Part shown: in pieces, positions 25,558 through 36,173 of the stretch
Position numbering within the stretch: the stretch's first letter is position 1
How the letters are laid out: every line of letters begins with the position of its first letter
Assembly (NCBI GenBank): GCA_905178155.1
Contig: CAJINV010000007.1
Coordinates: 1,395,341-1,459,340, forward strand
Reading direction: 5' to 3'
DNA: 64,000 bases
Source: Amoebophrya sp. A120
Lineage: Eukaryota; Protista; Dinoflagellata
Program-made: the position numbers and the translations under genes
Notes under the pieces: model-generated
Databases searched by the model: none
Told to the model about the DNA's origin: nothing
The model's input: only the letters and a program-made list of their open reading frames with translations

Positions 25558-26424
25558 ATGGGTACATGCAAATCGAGAAATGAGCCTCCGAGCACCTCCA
25601 CCGCACCAGAGCAACCAGCCTCTCATGAAAATGATGGTATAGAGTGTATTTGTTTCATCGACTCCGATTTTTCAGTTTGTCTTCTGTCAGCACACGATAC
25701 GCATGCACAGTTTTCTCCTGGGTCCACCAGGAAACGCTAAGTAATGACAAAAACATCCTATGCCAGGTACTTCAGATGATTTACACGCAGTGGAGCAGCA
25801 GACCCTACAGGATCTCGGCTTCGCTTTGTTCGATGACGACACACCGGAGGAGGCCGCGCGTCGCCCTTTTTCGGTGGTGGACGCGACGGGATACAAGCTG
25901 AGTGATAAACCATCTTCGTTACAGCGTTTCAACGCTTTGGGGACGCTCACAGCCCACATCATCAGACGAGAATACAGACGGTCCTCCGGTACAGTGGAGC
26001 GCGCCGTATTCGCCAAGATCATCGTCCAAAGTATACAAGTATTATTTTTCTCTCTTTTATCACCACGCGCCTTTGTTTCAACGTGACATTCTGATATGAC
26101 ATTTCCCATCATTGCAAACCTTTTCATCTCTCAACATGACAGATCAACACCTTCGCGGACATCCAGAATCTTGACGACATGTTATCGCTTTTCTTCAAAG
26201 TCACAAAATCCATTGTGACCAAGCACGAGCTGCCTAGGCCCAGCAGGGATTATGATCAGTTGTGGTTCTCGCAGCTGAGCGCAGAGTTGCAGCAGCACAT
26301 CGCGAAGTGTGCAGCTGAGCCAGGTTGCAAGTACAAATTACTGAAAACGGTTTACAAAGTGAAAAATGTATACCCGAAATGGAAGTCGGCGAAGAAAGTG
26401 TCAGAATGCAAAACCACATCCTAA
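25558..26424 (+). CDS. Retroelement ORF-C, unknown protein of about 210 aa. Exons 25558-25636, 25767-26038, 26143-26424
   Basis: Two GT-AG introns (25637-25766, 26039-26142) join three ORF fragments in frame, 633 nt in total. Confidence 0.6.
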
Positions 26425-26733
26425 TCGCACCAATTTGGAACCACAATTTCAGCAAAGCCCAACACGGGCACCCCAGCCACGTAGGCTTGACCATCGCTTT
26501 CAGGCGAAGATTGGATGATGATTTCTCCTTTATCAGCATGTCGTCTTTTCGGGCACAGTTGAGATCAGTCTTGTCGGTCTTTTCTTCCACGTTGGGCCGT
26601 ATTCTCGTCGTATAGCACTAGCGTCACCTCAGCTCATCTCCGAGCATAGTCGTGCTATTTTCTTTTTCAATAATCAGAGCACCGACCACGGCTTAGCGCC
26701 AGAGAGATTTGAGAGGTTCTTACCTTTTTCACG

Positions 26734-29700
26734 ATGGCAAACGACGAAAACAAAAACAAAATGGCAGAGGGTGAGGAGACACCCGCTTTTTCCATGAGCT
26801 TCCAGGTCATGGACCGGATTACCGACCAAGTACCAGTCGAGTTCGAGCTAACCCCCGAAATCGTTTTTAAGAAACGAGTCAAATCAGCCGCAGCTTACGA
26901 CTATGACGCCAGAACCGAGGTAGCATCTGCAGCATCAATTCAAGCCACGCTAACGGACATCAATGAGGATCTGAATTCAGGAATCGAAGAAGATGGCCGA
27001 AAACACGCGTATTTTCTTTTCCACTGCATGACCTTTTTATGCACAGTTAGTCTCGTCTTTCTCTCTGTTTCCCTAGCATACACTATCCATTTCATCCACC
27101 ACAGGGGCTTCCACGGCATCAAGGAAGGAAAAGCGCCTGCTTTGCGTTTTTTGGAGCTTCTACAGCAAGGCGATGATTTCAACATGGATGACGCCCCGAA
27201 GCTAGTCCACCTCGGCGCATCAGCACTCCTACACCTAGGACAGTATGCACATTTTGCAGGACAGAACGCAATCAATGCACAGAGAACCATGAAAGACCTC
27301 CACAAGGACAACGCAGATGCAGTCATCTTTTTCATGAAAATGACGGGGCCCAAGGGACAGAAGCTCCTCACCTACCTCCGGACTCTTTTCAGCATCTACT
27401 TCAAGTACGTGGCCAAGGAAGATTGCAACAACTACCACGTCGCCATCAAAAAAATGTTGATGGCGCCGAACTGCAGATCCCACGTCGCACTGCTAGCTGC
27501 AGTGCTAGGGAAGATGAGAGCAGAGTGCATTCTTTTCGCGACCTGCGAGGATGCGGATTTATGGCAGACGGACTTCTTCCACGAGCTGGCCCCAGCAGCT
27601 TTACAGGAAATCATCATAAACGCCTGCAAGGAGAAGGGTCTCCTAACTCTCTCCACCAAGTGGACATGGCCTTTCAGCTGCACCAAAACCGTCGAGCAGA
27701 TCACAGTCCAGTGGGAGGAACATTTTTGCCAGAGCGGGGCGGTCTTGTACGACGCTCCAAAGAAAAACGAGCCTTTTTTGCTACCGACAAAAACCCCGTC
27801 CACATTAGACCAGAAATTAGGACGCGGAGCTTCATCATCTTCATCCACTGTGAACAGCCGAGCACTGGTGAGTCAGCAGATGGGCAGCCGCATTTCCAAC
27901 AGGAACAAAGCAGCAACGGACAGCAACTTCAACCCCTTCGAAAATTATGAGCGCACCGTTTTCCGGGGTTTCGACACAGTAGAGGGCACTTTTTGTTTTT
28001 GCTTTTTCATCTCATTTCACAGTCAAGACAAACTACAGCATGCCACTACGCATTTCACTTCCCAGAAGTTTTTTATTCCTCTCCACACCTTTACTTTCTG
28101 AAGGTAATCCGACATCTACATTTCCCGATCTGAATGCCATGTCGTGCACGGGGCCCACAGACACCGAAAACGGCGCCACCACATCATCCCAGCCAATGGA
28201 CGGAGCATTGATGAACAGAGTAGCGAGACATTTCGCAGGATCGGCAGCAAGCGCAAATCCGCAGGGATACACGCAGGGCGAATTGCAACAACTCCAGCGT
28301 TTCCGAGACGAAGCAGACCCGTCGGCATATCTGATGCCTTTCCAGCAACAGAACACCGTGCCGGCAAATCTGAGACGAGTAGCAAAGCTGGATGTCAAAG
28401 ACAACTTAGCAGCTCCGCTTTTTGTACAAACTTACGACGAAGCCGCAGCCACACTGCACCACAACTACTCGCAATTGACAACCGGGGCTTTCATTCAGGG
28501 TAGATCTTTTGTTGGTTTCTTTTCTCATTTCTCAACGATTGGTCATGTCATCTCACCTTTTCCCAACACTTAGTCCTCCCTTCACATCATTCGATCACTA
28601 CACCCAGGTGAACCAGCTCACGAGAGCGTATGGGCGTGCACCACCAGAATCGTCTTGCTGCAGTACGCCAGTTTCCTGGACCAGGGACAGGAAATCACGG
28701 AGGATTTTGTGTTCGATCTCACCACTTTAGCAATGAACGGGAAGCTGTCGCAAGCGGCCTGGGCACGATTAGGCCGCGACCATCCAAACGGAGTAAAACT
28801 GGACAAGAAAAACTGCTCCTTGCATTGGCCGAAAGGTTTCATCGACACCGAGCGCACCCTGGAAACCTACTTCCAAATATCCAAAAACAACACCAGCGAC
28901 AACTCACAGCTCTTCCAGCACCTCGACTTCAAAAATCCGACCGAGCTGACAGTCGCCAAGCAGCTTGTGCTGAAGGCGAAGGAGGATTGCAATTCAGTCC
29001 GGTCGGACTGCGGAGGGAACCCGCAGCAGGCAATGATGGACAACGCGAGGAAGTGTATCGAGAAATTACACTTCGCCCAGCTAATCGTCATCATCGCGAT
29101 GGAGTGCCACAACCCGCCGTTGTGGAAGGCGTCGCCACTGGAGACAATCAACAACTACTCCGCCTTTTTCAGCCAAATAAAATCCAGGAGCATTCACAAC
29201 AAGTTCTTAGCGAAGAGCCGGACCAAGGCGGTCATGTTTCTCATTGACGCTTTTTGCACCACGGATTTGAGCAGCATCATGCCCAACAAGTTGTGCGACC
29301 AGCTGAACGCTTGGGTCTCGCAGATTGACGAAAAATCCAACCAGGAGAAAAGGGACGAAGAGAAAAAGGGAAAGGGAAAAGGAGAAGGAAAGAGTATTGC
29401 TTCATTCACATTTTTTGTTTTGCATCTGCTTGTCGTGGCGCGATTATACAGTCTCGCCCACCAGCACCAGATCGCACGCTTTTTGATCTACAAATCATAT
29501 CATAACAGATAATGGTGGTGGTGGCAAGCACGGCGCCACAACCAAGGGCGAGAGAGACAAAGGCAAGGGCACCGGCAAGGGAAACCAGGGTACTGGCAAG
29601 GGAGACAATACTAGCACTCCTTTCGGCACCTTCGTGGGGCACTGCAAGGACACGATCGCTTACTGCTGCGAAGTGTCCGACATTCAGAAAGAGGATTGGA

Positions 29701-29936
29701 AAAAGTTGTGTGCTCCTTTTATCGCAGGAGAGTGCAAGATGCGAAATGCAAAAAATGAACTTGTGAATTGCAAACATAACAATAGTTGTCGTCACGATCC
29801 CAATCATACAGCCAGCAAGCAGTGGTTACAGTCCCACCCGGTTAAGCATGAAGCCAAAAATGCACATGTAAACAAGAAGCGTAGCAACGATGACAACAAC
29901 GAGAACACCGGCGACAAGAAGCAGAAAGTGGAATAA
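26734..29936 (+). CDS. Retroelement ORF-D, putative Gag-like protein of about 921 aa. Exons 26734-27008, 27105-27985, 28104-28499, 28608-29393, 29509-29936
   Basis: Four introns (three GT-AG, one GC-AG) give a 2766-nt frame. The C-terminus has a GKG-rich tract and a Cys/His cluster (CAPFIAGEC...CKHNNSCRHDPNH). It lies directly upstream of RT. Confidence 0.6.
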
Positions 29937-30341
29937 GTTTTTTTTTTTTTATTTTTGTACGATGAAATTTTTCACACAACTTTTTCCACGTTTCACCCTT
30001 TCCCCCACCCACAGTGACATTCAGAGCTCTCATTTTATACCAAATTGCACACATTTCTGGTGCCCTCTGTCCCATGGACAGCATGTATTGACCATCACAC
30101 AGCACGTGAACCACCTTTCCGAAGCTGCACGCGGGCAGTGCGCGCCGACGCTGTTTTCTTGTGTCTCTTCTGAGGTACAACACGAGATAAAAAGCGCGAG
30201 ATATGAGTCTTGACCTTGTAACGAGACAGCGAGATGATGAGGTCGAGATGCATGAGCCGGATATGCCTGCTCCAGTACTACAAAACTTATCATCACATTT
30301 TAATGATCCTTCGCTTTAGGAGAAAATTGCTGAATGAGAAA

Positions 30342-32774
30342 ATGATTGTCTCCCTGTGGTTGCTGCTCGCCACAGCTGCGAGTGCGATCCGCGCTCCAAA
30401 AGAAGAAGCCTACCCACGAACCTTCCAGCCAGACAGCCACCTCATCGACCACTACCTCCACCTCATCACATCGAATTCCACCGTCATGCCAGTGCTGAAC
30501 AATGACCAAGTGTACTCCATCGAGCACTTGCGTCAGTTGCATAAGTACCCCCCGGAGATCCGGTACCGCATGGAAGAGGAACGACTTGAAAAAATTATCC
30601 AAGACATCGAGACGGACCTAGTGATCAACAGCCACAAACTCGAGGAATACGAGGCTAAAAAGCCACAACACATACGCGACATCAACGAGAAATTTATCAA
30701 TCATGATGCCGAGTACGGCACTCGCAAAATGTCCGCGTACCCGATGTACAAAGCCGCCGTGGCTTGCGGGTATGTCGACGAGCCGACCCGTATGATGCTG
30801 TATGGGCCTGACGGTTTTGTGAGCCGGGGTTTCAATACAGAGGGGAAAATCCCCATCTATGGCTGCTGGCCAACAGGAAAGAAATTATCCGACAATGAAA
30901 CGGAAAAGTTAGTAGATTTTGACATGGACGATGTTGATAGAAGATTAGCGTTAGAATCTTTCTCCAAAATCCGATCAGGGCCGTGGTCTTTTGAGTCCGA
31001 GGACATCATGACCCGCAGTTACGATGCTTACCAAAAACTGATCGACAGGGGCTTAGCAACCCAGCTCTGTGACGGCTGCGCAAAATATTTACATGAATCA
31101 GGAGAATGGTTTGCAGCGATTTTCGGCATAGGCCAAAAATATAATGATTCTGAAAAGCGCTACGACAAAGTACGCCCGATAAGTAATGAGAAAATGAGGA
31201 ATAAGCTTTTGAGTCCAATACAAGAACATATGTCACTTTGCTCAATGCCAGAAATTTTACAAGCAATTTGCCTGTGCGCAAACCCCACCTACGAAGACCC
31301 TTTTTTCCAAAATAAGAAGGACACTTTGCAAAGCACACAGGCTGCGCAACAAAAAGCAAAACAGTTCGCCCAAGTTTACAAAAAGCGCTCCTGGCGCGAT
31401 GTGCGATCGCTGCCAAGACGGAAAAAGGCTTACACCGGAATTTCTTTTTTGCCCTCTATTTCAAAAGATGACGAAGCGCAAGCTTACAATCAAATGGGAG
31501 CTCAAGACCCCTTTAAAAATTTATTTCAAATTTTTAACCCTTATAAAGGATGCCAAGAATTTGGATTTTTAAAGTGTTTGAATTTCGGCAACACGCATAG
31601 CATATACGGCTTCGTAGCCTCACACAGCCAATTATTCCAAAAATACGCAAGCTTGATTTTAAAAATACCCACTTTTCAGTATGTGGATGATATAATGTAT
31701 TTTAGTGATGAAGACGCCGTACTGGCGCCGTTATATCAGCGAACAATTAGACGAATACTAGCAATATGGGGCATTGCTGTGGCGCCAGAAAAACATGAGG
31801 ATATGCTACCGCATTCCTCACCAGCAGAACTGTTAGGAATAGCCTGCAGACACCTAGGGAAAGCAATTGAATTTTACCTCCCTGAGAAAAAAGTCAAACG
31901 ATTCAACGAGGAGGTCGATAAGTTATTTAGTTTGCTGCAGGATCCAGCCAAGCGGGACGAGCCCAGCACCTTCAAAGCTTTAGAGCGCTTACAGGGCCTT
32001 CTAATACATGTGCTTTTCAATCGAAAATTTCGTCGAAATTTGCCAATTTTAAAACATATTTTCGAAATAGCCTCGAAGTCAGGCCATTTCTCGGAGGTCG
32101 TAAATTCGGACAGCAGACGAGAGCAACTTTTGATTATTCTCGAAAGAGTGCGAGACATCATAAATCGCCGCGATGTCACTCGAATCGAAAAAGACCAACT
32201 CATCAAAGCCCGCACCCACATTATGTCTGATGCGTCAGCAACACAAAAGGAAGGAAAGGTAGCGATAGGCGCCATCGCGTTTTTAGCAGACGAAAAATCT
32301 AGTGTAGGATACAGCTTGCATTGTACCCAAAAGGACTTGCCGTCCTTTTTCAAAAACAGCTCAATATTGTCTCTGGAGACGATAGCAGCAGGACTCGCGC
32401 AAAGACTGCTGTACCCCTACTACGAAAACGACAACGCGATATTGCACCTGGACAATGTCGGCGCCCTTAGCGGTATTGTTAAGGGGTATATTAACAGCCC
32501 TAAAACTGCATCAATTGTGTCTGTTTTGTGTGACAGAGCCTATCATCAAAAATGCGAATATACGTATGCATATGTCAACACGAATATGAATAGTGCCGAC
32601 GCCACAACCCGTCTAGAACAACTAAGCGAATTGCAACGGGCTTATGGCACAAAGTTTGTAGTAAGTGAAGAGAAAATCAAAGAAGAGCTCCAGCTCTTCG
32701 CTGACGAGTGCGAAGCAGCCTCGAAATGCATGATGCTAAACACTACGAAAGCCTCTTCCTCAAAGGAAGCATAA
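30342..32774 (+). CDS. Reverse transcriptase plus RNase H (pol), DIRS-type. The frame is open from 30234
   Basis: RT motifs SKDDEAQAYNQM, CLNFGNTHS, FQYVDD and ELLGI. RNase H motifs MSDAS, LSLE, HLDN and NSADATTR. Confidence 0.9.
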   Translation: MIVSLWLLLATAASAIRAPKEEAYPRTFQPDSHLIDHYLHLITSNSTVMPVLNNDQVYSIEHLRQLHKYPPEIRYRMEEERLEKIIQDIETDLVINSHKLEEYEAKKPQHIRDINEKFINHDAEYGTRKMSAYPMYKAAVACGYVDEPTRMMLYGPDGFVSRGFNTEGKIPIYGCWPTGKKLSDNETEKLVDFDMDDVDRRLALESFSKIRSGPWSFESEDIMTRSYDAYQKLIDRGLATQLCDGCAKYLHESGEWFAAIFGIGQKYNDSEKRYDKVRPISNEKMRNKLLSPIQEHMSLCSMPEILQAICLCANPTYEDPFFQNKKDTLQSTQAAQQKAKQFAQVYKKRSWRDVRSLPRRKKAYTGISFLPSISKDDEAQAYNQMGAQDPFKNLFQIFNPYKGCQEFGFLKCLNFGNTHSIYGFVASHSQLFQKYASLILKIPTFQYVDDIMYFSDEDAVLAPLYQRTIRRILAIWGIAVAPEKHEDMLPHSSPAELLGIACRHLGKAIEFYLPEKKVKRFNEEVDKLFSLLQDPAKRDEPSTFKALERLQGLLIHVLFNRKFRRNLPILKHIFEIASKSGHFSEVVNSDSRREQLLIILERVRDIINRRDVTRIEKDQLIKARTHIMSDASATQKEGKVAIGAIAFLADEKSSVGYSLHCTQKDLPSFFKNSSILSLETIAAGLAQRLLYPYYENDNAILHLDNVGALSGIVKGYINSPKTASIVSVLCDRAYHQKCEYTYAYVNTNMNSADATTRLEQLSELQRAYGTKFVVSEEKIKEELQLFADECEAASKCMMLNTTKASSSKEA

Positions 32775-32885
32775 CATGAATCATTTTTCTCTTTATCACA
32801 CATGGAAAACACACTGCATCACACACACACGAAGCATAACGCATTCATTTTGTTGTTGTTCACTTCTGAGTTTTTGTCATCACAG

Positions 32886-34139
32886 GACCTGCAGAGAAAG
32901 CAAGCGAAGCTTCCAGCGAAGGAGCACAAGTGCCATTTCGCAAAAGACGCTGGCAAGAAGAATAATAGGTATAACGGTATGAGGTCGCAGATCGAGTACT
33001 GGGATACCCAAGCGAGGCGAAAGAAGTGTCAGAACTTAGTACCCTACCATGAATCGCACAAGTGGAAACTCCTCCCGCAAACAACTCTATTGTTTTGGCC
33101 ACAAGAAAAACGGGATTTTCGAGTAAACAACGAAATAGCCACAAAAAACTCGTACTGGCGCACATGGATGAGGTGGACGCAGATCCACAGGCCGCACTTC
33201 CACTGGAATCCGGACTTGTATCACACCGAAGCTGATGTCCAGCTTTTGCGAGCAGCACATGGCAGCGTGTCTTGGGCCAGAGACGTTGTCCCGTACGCAG
33301 AATGGCTACTAGAACATGACATCGGAAACTGCAAGCCGTATTTTACTTGCTTGCGAGCATGTGCTTGTCTTCTTATGCAATGGTCGGCACTGCATACCAG
33401 GCTCTCTTTGTAGCATTTTATCTACAGATACATTCTCTCTCCACTGGTGACACACAGGTACGTATCCCAGGTGACGACTCGCCTTAGGGCTCTGCAGTTA
33501 CTGGAAACAGGGAACACATACGCAGGGAGCGAGCAGGAAGCAGCGTATTCCAGAATTGACTCCATGCTCTCAGACAAGTCCACACAAAGAGCCGCCCCAC
33601 CGATGATAGACAGACTAGGCCTGTTATCACCACGCGAAAAGCAGATCTACGCCTGCTGGGCACCCACAGGACTACGACCATCCGCTTTTGTCAGCATTGA
33701 CCAGTACCAAGTCCAGCCATGCAAACACCGGCCCGACCTCTTTGTCGGCGCTTTGGTCACCAGCGAGAAGGTTTTTGCAAACCCAGGCGAAAAATTCTTC
33801 GCACGTATCCCCAAGGACGCCTTTGATCCGAGCATCTTCCCAGTCTTTGAACACGAGATCGACATTCTCGCGAGGAAGTTGGGAACAGTTCCCTACGGAA
33901 TCCGTAGAGGTTTAGCTATATGGCTTCGCCTACGCACACTGGAGCTAGGCATCACGCCAGGATCGACAAAAGCTGTCGCGAAGTTACGGTTTGAAAAATT
34001 CAAAAGAAAAGTAACGGACCACTTTGGATGGTCCCAGGGTTCCATGCAATGGGAGCAGACCTATTCGGTTGATACTTTGAATTATGTACAACGACCGTTC
34101 TTGGTACACCCTGCACTCAAGGAGTGGTTTGTCGAATAA
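32886..34139 (+). CDS. Tyrosine recombinase, divergent. Exons 32886 (or ATG 32979)-33337 and 33458-34139
   Basis: Motifs TGLRP (Arg), SEK, YGIRRG (HxxR box), HFGW and EQTY (Tyr). GT-AG intron 33338-33457 joins CKP to YVSQ in frame. Confidence 0.75.
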
Positions 34140-34536
34140 AACAGACTGTATGATACTTCCTTATCATGTACTTTTGTTTTTTGTCAAATTGGAAAAACGA
34201 ACTGCCAGCTATTCACCAGACCTGGAGCGTACCAGGAAGTCCTTTTTTTACGCAAGATTGACAGGTGCTTCGTTTCTCGCACCGTTCGCGTTCAGCTCTA
34301 CAAGCCTCTCTGCTTCAGGGAGCTCCCAGTACACAGATCACGGCCATGATCCTAGCGATCCGATGAGATCATTTGTGTTGCCGCAGCGACTTTCCTCGGT
34401 GTCCCCTCCACACTTGGACCTGTGGCATGCTCAGATGATCCACCATCGAGTCTCTTTTGGCCTCACACACTCACAGATCGCAGTACTGCTTCGCTCGACA
34501 CGATTGGGCGAGCCGCGTGTTACGCAGTTGGTGATA

Positions 34537-34682
34537 TCGGGAACGCGATTCCCCCGTGTCGTAGCCGCGTTTCGGCTCTCGCAGAGATCCGCTACTCGGC
34601 TTCTGTCGCTCCAGTTATGATTTGATGCAAAGTCTCATAGTTCAAATACTGAGTTTCACGACAGTTTTCGCATCTAATATTT
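34537..34682 (+). repeat. Split direct repeat B1 (146 bp)
   Basis: Reads identical to 34941-35086 and overlaps A2 by TATTT. Confidence 0.95.
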
Positions 34683-34801
34683 TTATGAGATAAATATTCG
34701 TAGAGAAAAGTCGTGAAAACTCGTGAAATGTGTCGTTTTTCATGTATATTCGTTCATATTCATATCCATTTCCGGCTGGGAAATTTGATTTTCATTTTCT
34801 C
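34678..34801 (+). repeat. Split direct repeat A2 (124 bp)
   Basis: Reads identical to 22956-23079. Confidence 0.95.
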
Positions 34802-34940
34802 CCCGCCCGCCACACCCTTTGTTCTTTACCTGGTGACCTATCTTTTCATTTCATTCATCACTATGTCACTTTGCTTTGTGCTCCGTCATTCATCAGCCCG
34901 CTGGTGAATGGTGTCGCACTCTTCGGACTCGCGTCCTCCT

Positions 34941-35086
34941 TCGGGAACGCGATTCCCCCGTGTCGTAGCCGCGTTTCGGCTCTCGCAGAGATCCGCTACT
35001 CGGCTTCTGTCGCTCCAGTTATGATTTGATGCAAAGTCTCATAGTTCAAATACTGAGTTTCACGACAGTTTTCGCATCTAATATTT
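34941..35086 (+). repeat. Split direct repeat B2 (146 bp), right end of the element
   Basis: Reads identical to 34537-34682. Confidence 0.95.
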
Positions 35087-36173
35087 ATTCAAGGTATGTA
35101 GTTGTTGATTGTTACACTTTCATTTTTTTCTTTTTTCAACGTTTCGAAGAAGTCAAAGCAGTGAACTCTTTTTTTTTGTGTGAAGAAAAGTGTTAGTAGG
35201 TTTACGACCGGAAGCCCTGCGCTGTTGCTCAACCACAGTTAAGCTCATCGCAATGAACTCATTCGATTTGAAGTTTTCAGTATCTTGTCCGTTTCGCTGT
35301 ATTATCTTTTTTGTCGTAAGTACCCCGACTCGTAGTACCCTGTTATGTCTTTCACGACAGTTTTTTTTTTGCCTCGAACAAGTACAGCGACATTGGTCCT
35401 GCTGTTCTTCCTTTTACTTTTGTCCCGTCCCTACTCCCTACCTCCCCGCTTAAAGCTCTACCCTACTTCAAAAGACCAAAACTCCGAGAAAATGCACTCC
35501 ATTTAGGCTGAACGGATTTGGTTATCACATCTTCGAGCATGAGGCTATGAAGCCAGTTTCCAACCTCTATGCACTCTATATACGTTTCTCTGTGTAACAA
35601 AAAGATTTTTAAGTAGTATATGTGAGTATTCGAGTGATTATAGTTTCCGCTGTAAATAGAGTTTGACCACTTTCGCTTTCTGAGTTCTCTCTGCTCGTAG
35701 TTTTTTTCTTGCGGAATTACCTTCAACCCCCTTTAGCCTGATTGTCATCCCAGAGACCTTTGTTTTCCACACAACTTCCGATAAACCATTGAGGATCAAG
35801 CACGTTTAGAAGAAGTTTTGTTTTACCATGATGAAGAAGAAGTAGAAGAAGAGGAAAGCGCAGAAAAAGATGCGCACTTCGTAGTTTAGTGTGGATTTGT
35901 GTTCTGTAGAAGTAGCTGAGGGACTGAGAACTTAGACGGTTGCCTCAACGCATTTTTTCCCTCCGCCGCCGTTGTTTTCAGCACTGCCGGCCCCGTGCCA
36001 CGTTGTAACTGTGCAGTATGTACTTGTAGCAAGGAAGTATTGATTTTTGCGAGAAGTATTAAATCCGATCCGCCGCCGACGTCAGTTCATACTAGCTTGA
36101 ATTCAGACCACGACTGCTGCTTTCTGTGGTTCCACTTCCGCAGCAAGTTTCTCTTTCACATGCAAAGAGAAAG

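Larger units (their letters stand above)
22956..35086 (+). mobile_element. Full-length tyrosine-recombinase (DIRS-order, PAT/Ngaro-type split-direct-repeat) retrotransposon, 12,131 bp
   Basis: A1...B1-A2...B2 repeat layout with internal gag-like, RT/RNase H and YR-like ORFs. A TATTT core is shared at both ends and at the B1/A2 junction. Confidence 0.9.

Noticed and set aside
22956-34801. Reading the A repeats as LTRs of a Gypsy/Copia element
   Set aside because: There are no TG...CA ends, no DDE integrase and no protease. The extra B repeats and the YR indicate a split-direct-repeat DIRS-order element.
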